Assembly: GCA_035632115.1 (NCBI GenBank)
Contig: DASQHL010000054.1
Location: 1 to 59,292 of the forward strand
Direction of reading: 5' to 3'
Origin: Dehalococcoidia bacterium
GTDB taxonomy: Bacteria > Chloroflexota > Dehalococcoidia > DSTF01 > JACRBR01
Length of the DNA stretch: 59,292 nt
Every line of letters starts with the position of its first letter. The first letter of the stretch is position 1. The position numbers were made by a program, and so were the translations under genes. Under the pieces are notes generated by a model. It was not told the origin of the DNA, searched no databases, and saw nothing but the letters and a program-made list of their open reading frames with translations. Positions 53,552 to 59,292 of this stretch are shown piece after piece.

Positions 53552-56500
53552 TCACGCCGCGGCCTCGGCGCCTGCCGCCGCCTCCAGCGCGTCCAGCAGC
53601 AGCGACGGCCACCCCTCACCGGCTGTGCGCAGGTCGATGCGCAGCTGCTGGTGCCCCAGCGTCACCGCGCCCGTCGCCTCCAGCGCCCGCCGCGCGCCCG
53701 GAGACAGACCTGTCCGCAGGTCGCGGCCGTCCGCCGTCCGCAGCAGCAGCGCCGGCCGCCCACCAGCCCCCTCCTCCTGCTGCACCGAGGCGATCCCCGC
53801 CCGTTTCGCCAGCGCCCGCAGCCGCACGACGAGCAGCAGGTTGCGCACGGCCGGCGGCGGCGCCCCGAACCGGTCCGTCAGCTCCCGCTCGAACGCCTCG
53901 TGCGCGTCCGCCTCCGTCGCCGCCGCCATCCGCTGGTAGAGGGACAACCGCAGGTTCAGGTCGCCCACGTAGCTCTCCGGGATGAACGCCGCCAGCGGCA
54001 CGTCGATGACCACGGCCGGCTGGATGCGCGATGGCGGCGGCGCCTCGCCCTTCGCCAGCGCCTTCAGACCCTCTACTGCGTCCGCCAGCAGCTTCACATA
54101 CAGGTCGAACCCCACCGTGCCGATCTGCCCGCTCTGCTCCGCGCCCAGGAGGTTCCCGGCGCCCCGGATCTCCAGGTCCCGCAGCGCGATCTGGAATCCC
54201 GCGCCCAGCTCCGTCGCCTCGAAGATCGTCTGCAACCGCCGCTGCGCTACCTCGCTCAGCGCGCGGTGCTTCTCGTACAGCAGGTACGCGTACGCCCGTG
54301 CCGCCCCCCGCCCTACGCGGCCCCGCAGCTGGTACAGCTGCGCCAGCCCGAAGCGGTCCGCGTTGTTGATGATGATCGTGTTCACGTTCGGGATGTCCAG
54401 CCCGGACTCGATGATCGTCGTGCACACCAGCACGTCCGCCTTCCCTTCCGTGAACTCCAGCATCACCCGCTCCAAGGCGTCCTCGGGCATCTGCCCGTGG
54501 CCGATCAGGATCTCCGCCTCCGGCACCGCCTCCCGAAGCTGCCGCGCCAGCAGCTCGATGTTCTGCACGCGGTTGTGCACGAAGTACACCTGGCCGCCGC
54601 GCTCCATCTCCCGCGTGATCGCCTCGCGCACCAGGTGCTCGTCGAACTCCGTCACGTACGTCTTGATCGGCAGCCGTTCCTCCGGCGGCGTCTCGATTGC
54701 CGACATGTCGCGGATCCCCGTCAGCGCCATGTTCAGCGTCCGCGGGATCGGCGTCGCCGTCAGCGTCAGCACGTCCACCTCGCTGCGCATCTGCTTCAGC
54801 CGCTCCTTGTGGCTCACGCCGAACCGCTGCTCTTCATCGATGATCACCAGTCCCAGGTTCTTGAACACCACGTCCTTCTGCAGCAACCGGTGCGTGCCGA
54901 TGACGACGTCCACCTTCCCCGCCGCAGCGTCCGCGACGACCCGCCGTTGGTCGCGGTCACTCCGGAACCGCGACAGCATCTCCACCGTCACCGGAAAGCC
55001 GGCCAGCCGCTGCCGGAACGTCGTGAAGTGCTGCTGAGCCAGCACCGTCGTCGGCACCAGCACCGCCACCTGTGCGCCATCGAGCACTGCCTTGAACGCG
55101 GCGCGCACTGCTACCTCCGTCTTCCCATAGCCGACGTCGCCGCAGACCAGCCGGTCCATCGGTCGTGCGTCCTCCATGTCGCGCTTCACGTCCCGGATCG
55201 CCGTCTGCTGGTCCGCGGTCTCCACGTACGGGAACGACGCCTCCAGCTCCGCCTCCCAGGCCGCGTCCGGCGGGAACGCGTGCCCCGCCGCTACCTCGCG
55301 GTTCGCGTACAGCCGCAGCAGCTCGCCCGCCAGCTCCTGGACCGCGCGCCGCACGCGCGCCTTCGCCCGCGGCCACTCCTGCGACCCCAGCCGCGTCAGT
55401 GCCGGCCGGTGCTCGCTCGGCCCCACGTAGCGGCTCACCCGGTCCACCTGGTCCGTCGGCACGAAGAGCCGGTCGCCGTCCGCGTACTGCAGCTCTAGGT
55501 ACTCGCGCTCCTCCCCCGTCATGCCCTTGTGCACCAGCCCGGCGAACTTCGCGATGCCGTGCTCCACGTGCACCACGAACTCCCCCGGCGCCAGGTCAGA
55601 GACCCACGCCCCCCGCGCCGCCCCGCGCCTTGGCGGCGGCCGTCGCTGCTTGCTGAACCCGAACACCTCTGCGTCCGTCAGCAGCGTCAGCCCCGCGCCT
55701 TCGGCGCCCACCGACCAGCCGTGCGCCAGCGAGCCGTGCACGACCGTGAGCCCGCCGCCGCCAGCCGCAGCCGGCGCGATCGTCTCCGCGACCCGGGCAT
55801 GCACGTCGTGCTCCGCGAGCAGCTCCGCCAGTCGCTGCGACTGCGTCGATACCACAACCACTCGTTGGCCGCCGCGCAGCATCTGCGTCAGCTCGCCCGC
55901 CAGCGTGCGCAGCCTCCCGCCGTACCCAGCGGTCGGCCCGAACGGCAGGCGCACCGCCGCGCCAGCGTCCGGCGCCTCCGCCTCGCCCGTCGCCCAACGC
56001 GACAGGTGCAGCCGTCGCCCCCGCGCCTCGATCGCGCCGCGCAACGCCCCCCACGCGACGTGCGGTGCCGGCATGCCGCGCGGCAGCTCGCCCCGGTGCT
56101 CCGCCTCCCGCCGTGCCTCGTCGGCCTGGGCGTCGTGCTCCTCCTGTACCGCCGCCACGTCCGCCGGCTCGTCGACGACCACGAGCGCGTCGGGTGGCAT
56201 GTGATCCAGCAGCGTCGCCGGCGCCAGGAATGGCGTGTAGAAGCCGTCGCCGTCGATGCGCCGCCCCTCGGCCAGCGCCGCCTGCTCCGCCGCGAAGCGC
56301 TCGTGCTGCTCGCCACGCAGCTGCGCCACCTGCATCGACGCCGCCAGGCGCGCCATCGCCGCCGTGTCGGTGACCACTTCGCGCGCCGGGCCAAGCGTCA
56401 CCCGCTCCCGCAGCCCCGCGGAGCGCTGCGTCACTGGGTCGAACGCCCGGATGCTCTCTACGACCTCGCCCATCAGCTCGATGCGTAGCGGCAGATCCTC

Positions 56501-57100
56501 CGCCGGACTCCAGGCGTCGATAATGCCGCCGCGCCGGCTCGCCTCCCCCGGCTGCGACACCTGCGGCTCCATCGCGTAGCCACCGCGGGCGAGCGCTTCG
56601 AGCAACGCGTGCTGTCCCACGCGTGCGCCCGCTGCCAGCGTCAGCGTCGTCCGCGCCAGCTCGTCCGGAGACATCGTGCGCTGCGCCACCGCCGCCGCGC
56701 AGGCGACGATGATCGGCGCCGCCGCCTCGTCTCCCACCGCCAGCGCCGTCAGCGCCTGCAGCCGCTGCGCCACGTCGTCGGCGTCCGGCTCCAGCCGTTC
56801 GTACGGCAGCGCGTCGCGCTCCGGGAAGAGCAGCACGCGCGCCGCCCCGTCCGCTCCCAGCCACGCCCGAAGCTCCTCGGCCAGACTCTCCGCGTGCTGC
56901 GGCTTCGGCATAACGATCAGCGCCGGCGCCGTGGCGTCGCGCGCCAGCGCCGCGATCACTGCCGCCTTCGCGCCGTCACTCACGCCCAGCACCAGCGGCC
57001 CACGCTGGGACATGCGGCGGCGCAGGCGGTCCAGCCCGACCGTCTGGTCGATCACCGGCAGCAGCGCCGACAGATCCATGCGCCTCCGGCCCGCGGACAA
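53552..57100 (-). CDS. mfd: Transcription-repair coupling factor Mfd
   Basis: 1182 aa with helicase motifs LVCGDVGYGKTEVA, IIDEEQRFGV, TLTATPIPRT and QLRGRVGRG, plus a CarD-like RNAP-interaction region. Confidence 0.95.
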   Translation of the reverse strand: MSAGRRRMDLSALLPVIDQTVGLDRLRRRMSQRGPLVLGVSDGAKAAVIAALARDATAPALIVMPKPQHAESLAEELRAWLGADGAARVLLFPERDALPYERLEPDADDVAQRLQALTALAVGDEAAAPIIVACAAAVAQRTMSPDELARTTLTLAAGARVGQHALLEALARGGYAMEPQVSQPGEASRRGGIIDAWSPAEDLPLRIELMGEVVESIRAFDPVTQRSAGLRERVTLGPAREVVTDTAAMARLAASMQVAQLRGEQHERFAAEQAALAEGRRIDGDGFYTPFLAPATLLDHMPPDALVVVDEPADVAAVQEEHDAQADEARREAEHRGELPRGMPAPHVAWGALRGAIEARGRRLHLSRWATGEAEAPDAGAAVRLPFGPTAGYGGRLRTLAGELTQMLRGGQRVVVVSTQSQRLAELLAEHDVHARVAETIAPAAAGGGGLTVVHGSLAHGWSVGAEGAGLTLLTDAEVFGFSKQRRPPPRRGAARGAWVSDLAPGEFVVHVEHGIAKFAGLVHKGMTGEEREYLELQYADGDRLFVPTDQVDRVSRYVGPSEHRPALTRLGSQEWPRAKARVRRAVQELAGELLRLYANREVAAGHAFPPDAAWEAELEASFPYVETADQQTAIRDVKRDMEDARPMDRLVCGDVGYGKTEVAVRAAFKAVLDGAQVAVLVPTTVLAQQHFTTFRQRLAGFPVTVEMLSRFRSDRDQRRVVADAAAGKVDVVIGTHRLLQKDVVFKNLGLVIIDEEQRFGVSHKERLKQMRSEVDVLTLTATPIPRTLNMALTGIRDMSAIETPPEERLPIKTYVTEFDEHLVREAITREMERGGQVYFVHNRVQNIELLARQLREAVPEAEILIGHGQMPEDALERVMLEFTEGKADVLVCTTIIESGLDIPNVNTIIINNADRFGLAQLYQLRGRVGRGAARAYAYLLYEKHRALSEVAQRRLQTIFEATELGAGFQIALRDLEIRGAGNLLGAEQSGQIGTVGFDLYVKLLADAVEGLKALAKGEAPPPSRIQPAVVIDVPLAAFIPESYVGDLNLRLSLYQRMAAATEADAHEAFERELTDRFGAPPPAVRNLLLVVRLRALAKRAGIASVQQEEGAGGRPALLLRTADGRDLRTGLSPGARRALEATGAVTLGHQQLRIDLRTAGEGWPSLLLDALEAAAGAEAAA

Positions 57101-57144
57101 CGCGACCGGGGGCTGATCGTGCGACCAGCCCCTTCGCCGTCGCT

Positions 57145-57153
57145 ATTCTAGCA
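57145..57153 (-). promoter_or_regulatory. Candidate extended -10 promoter (TGC-TAGAAT) for mfd
   Basis: The minus strand reads TGCTAGAAT about 45 nt upstream of ATG 57100, which is preceded by GGAGG. Confidence 0.35.
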
Positions 57154-57408
57154 GTCCCACCTCGCGGCGTGGCACTCCGAATGGTGACCTCGCCTGTTGC
57201 CGCTCCGCGGGGGGTGCCTGCGCGATGTCAGGGGAGACTGTGTTGGAGCGGACCGTCGAGATCGACGCGTCCATCTTGGCACGCCAACGGTCGCGACTTC
57301 GCGAACGCAGCGCGTCGCCCGCTCCCCTAACCGGTGCCTGAGGCGTTTCTCGCCGTAAGGGCCCGCGGCGCACGCCGAGGCGGGTCGGTGTCGATCGCAT
57401 GGCCCCCG

Positions 57409-57606
57409 TCACTCCCCGCGCAGCGCCACGCCCAGCGCCACGTACATCCCCAGCGCCACGCCCGCGCTCACGCCCGACCACAGCGCGATCGCGCCGAACG
57501 GCAGCCCGCCGCTGCACGCGCACGTCTGCTCCTTGTACAACGACGATGCGGCGAGCAGCCCGCCTGCCACAGCCACGAACGCCAGTACGTAGCGCAGTCG
57601 CGTCAC
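57409..57606 (-). CDS. 65-aa two-TM membrane microprotein
   Basis: The GTG start overlaps the pth stop (GTGA). Hydrophobic segments: YVLAFVAVAGGLLAASSL and FGAIALWSGVSAGVALGMYVALGVAL. Confidence 0.5.
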   Translation of the reverse strand: MTRLRYVLAFVAVAGGLLAASSLYKEQTCACSGGLPFGAIALWSGVSAGVALGMYVALGVALRGE

Positions 57607-58292
57607 TCGCCTGACTCCGCCGCCGCACCTGCGCGGTCATCGCGGTTGAAGCGGTTCATAGCCGCTTCGATCCCCTCGGTCAGCGCGCACTCGATCGCCG
57701 CCACCGCCCGCTCCACTCCCGCCTCCAGCAGCTTCCGCTCATCCGGCGACGGGTCGCCCAGCACCCACGCCGCCACGTGCTCCGGATCCCGCGTCGGTTC
57801 GCCGCGATGGTTCGGCCGCCCTATGCCGATCCGCACGCGTGGGAATCGGTCCGTGCGCGTCCTCGCGATGATGTCCGCGACGCCCTTCTGGCCCCCGCCG
57901 CTCCCCTCCCGCCGGACGCGCACCCTTCCCGTTGGCAGGTCCAGGTGGTCGCACACCACCAGCATCTCGCGCGCGTCGTCCAGCTTCAGCCGCGAGATCA
58001 GCGCCATCACCGCGCGCCCGCTGTCGTTGTTGTACGTCCGCGTCTTCGCGATCGCGATCCGCCGCCCGGCGATCTCCCCCTCCGCCAGCGCGTACGTCCC
58101 CGTCTTCGTCCCGAACTCCAGGCCGTGCTGCCTCGCCAGCCGGTTCGCCGCCCAGAAGCCGACGTTGCGCCGGTTCCCCGCGTACTCCTTGCCCGGATTG
58201 CCGAGCGCGAAGACAAGCCGGATCTGCCACGCCCGCTCGCCTTCGTCGTCCGCGTCGCCGCGGCCGAGCAGACGCCGCAACACGCCGGTCAC
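57603..58292 (-). CDS. pth: Peptidyl-tRNA hydrolase
   Basis: LVFALGNPGKEYAGNRRNVGF and CDHLDLPTGRVRVRREGSGGGQKG. GTG 58292 follows GGGAGG and overlaps the upstream stop (GTGA). Confidence 0.9.
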   Translation of the reverse strand: MTGVLRRLLGRGDADDEGERAWQIRLVFALGNPGKEYAGNRRNVGFWAANRLARQHGLEFGTKTGTYALAEGEIAGRRIAIAKTRTYNNDSGRAVMALISRLKLDDAREMLVVCDHLDLPTGRVRVRREGSGGGQKGVADIIARTRTDRFPRVRIGIGRPNHRGEPTRDPEHVAAWVLGDPSPDERKLLEAGVERAVAAIECALTEGIEAAMNRFNRDDRAGAAAESGE

Positions 58293-58699
58293 CCGTCCTC
58301 CCGCGGTCGCCGGCGCGGGCGCAGCGGGACCACGGAGCCGGCCGCACGCGGCGCAACGCGGCGCCGCGCTTTTGCTGCTCCGGGCGTTGCCGCGATCTCC
58401 GCCAGCAGCCTGCCAAGCGCGTCCGCGGGCCACGTGCCCGCGCCGCCTTCGAACATCCGCAGGAACCGTAGGTCGTCTGTGAACTGCTCCAGTGTGCACG
58501 CCGGCGCCTGTCGCGTGCGGAGCCGCCGCAGCGCTGCCGCCAGCCGCGCGATCGCCGGTGCGCGCGCGGGCGGCCGCTCCGCCGGTTCCTCCGGCGCCAG
58601 TCGCCGCTCCAACTCCGCCAGCGCGTCGGCGCCGTGCGGCACCTGCAGCTCGTGCCGCAGCACGCCGATGTATGCCGCCGCCAACTCGGACGCCTTCAT
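58289..58699 (-). CDS. 136-aa hypothetical protein translationally coupled to pth
   Basis: ATG 58699. High G/C at third codon positions and a helical-looking N-terminus. Weak RBS and no recognised family. Confidence 0.45.
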   Translation of the reverse strand: MKASELAAAYIGVLRHELQVPHGADALAELERRLAPEEPAERPPARAPAIARLAAALRRLRTRQAPACTLEQFTDDLRFLRMFEGGAGTWPADALGRLLAEIAATPGAAKARRRVAPRAAGSVVPLRPRRRPREDG

Positions 58700-58753
58700 C
58701 GGCGCATGATAACAGGGGGTGCGCTCCGCGCAGTGCGCCGCGGCCGCGGGCGA

Positions 58754-59292
58754 TCAGCCGCCCGCCGCCACCAGCCGCGCTTCCCGCGAAGAGGCGACGA
58801 TCGCTGGGAGCCTGTCCGCCACGGCCGCGATGTCCGCGTCCGTCGTCTCGTGCCCCAGGCTGAATCGCAGCGTCGAGACTGCACGCTCCAGCGGCAGCCC
58901 CATCGCCAACAGCACGTGAGACGGCTCGACCGTCGTCGCTCCGCACGCCGCTCCCGCGCTGCAGGCGATGCCGGCCGCATCCAGCCCGTCCACCAGGTCC
59001 CTTGCGTCGGCGCCCACGAAGCTGATGCTGACGTTGTTCGCCAGGCGCGCGTCCGGGTCGCCGTTCAGCTCCGCGCCGGGCACGCGCGCGAGGATCGCTT
59101 CCCGCAGCCGAAGCGCCAGCGCCCGGATGCGCCCGCCCTCCGACAGCACGCCTTCCTGTGTGATCCGCAGCGCCTCAGCCGCGCCGGCGATCCCCGCCAC
59201 GTTCTCCGTGCCCGCCCGCCGCTGCCGCTCCTGGCCGCCGCCGTGCTGCTGCGTGACGAAGGGCACACCTTTGCGAAGGTACAGCACGCCGA
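58754..59292 (-). CDS. Cysteine desulfurase (NifS/IscS class), 5' end beyond the window
   Basis: GGGQERQRRAGTENV, the active-site loop IACSAGAACG, and STLRFSLGHETT. The ORF is open to the window end. Confidence 0.85.
   Translation of the reverse strand, partial: GVLYLRKGVPFVTQQHGGGQERQRRAGTENVAGIAGAAEALRITQEGVLSEGGRIRALALRLREAILARVPGAELNGDPDARLANNVSISFVGADARDLVDGLDAAGIACSAGAACGATTVEPSHVLLAMGLPLERAVSTLRFSLGHETTDADIAAVADRLPAIVASSREARLVAAGG

Noticed and set aside
50653-55498. Long plus-strand ORFs 50653-52923 (756 aa) and 52988-55498 (836 aa).
   Set aside because: They lie opposite the ureohydrolase, GDYXXLXY, DUF2157 and mfd genes. Their composition is Arg/Pro/His-rich with no motifs, so they are high-GC artefacts.
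57143-57640. 165-aa minus-strand ORF spanning the pth-mfd gap.
   Set aside because: It has an Arg/Ala/Gly-rich low-complexity translation and overlaps the better-supported coupled 65-aa membrane ORF in another frame.
1-59292. Scan for tRNA, rRNA, tmRNA, transposase, integrase and phage genes, and for terminal inverted repeats of IS elements.
   Set aside because: I saw no GTTCGAATC-type T-arm motifs or cloverleaf candidates in the intergenic regions. No ORF has DDE, tyrosine- or serine-recombinase motifs. The only mobile-like signals are the small repeats and the two lower-GC modules (vapBC and the DUF488 trio).

Overview
Very G+C-rich (about 70% by eye, not computed), gene-dense chromosomal window. 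I found no rRNA, tRNA, CRISPR array, transposase or integrase. All family calls come from motif recognition by eye; no searches were run.

Gene content, left to right:
- 5'-truncated ligD, then two secreted lipoproteins (a redoxin-fold protein and a Met-rich protein).
- A complete SUF Fe-S operon: sufR-sufC-sufB-sufD-Rieske-sufS-sufU-DUF59.
- A lipoprotein alpha/beta hydrolase (minus strand) and gltBD.
- A vapBC-type toxin-antitoxin pair.
- A clear fluoride riboswitch driving crcB and a DUF190 gene.
- Assorted small enzymes: SnoaL/LEH-like, crotonase, CMD, VOC, an F420-type LLM, and a Zn-ribbon microprotein.
- A UPF0182 membrane protein, a HAPMO-type Baeyer-Villiger monooxygenase, and an orphan solute-binding protein.
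- A tightly coupled 13-gene TetR-led lipid/sterol-side-chain-like catabolic operon (32629-45491): Rieske oxygenase, amidohydrolase, 2x DUF35, 2x Cys-less thiolase-like, FadD, Ech, FadE, P450, NMO, LLM. Three further genes follow, separated by repeat-laden spacers.
- On the minus strand: an uncharacterised three-gene module (YeaO-like DUF488, DUF488, 232-aa orphan), a ureohydrolase, a DUF2157/GDYXXLXY pair, mfd, a small pth operon, and a 5'-truncated NifS/IscS-type cysteine desulfurase.

Most noteworthy non-standard signals:
1. The translationally coupled DUF488-DUF488-orphan module, in a block of off-type composition.
2. A family of hairpin-plus-G-rich-tail repeats with compensatory stem changes, several abutting start codons.
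3. A heptamer-periodic GT-rich tract inside the suf operon.
4. Two stand-alone DUF35 genes paired with two nucleophile-less thiolase-like genes.
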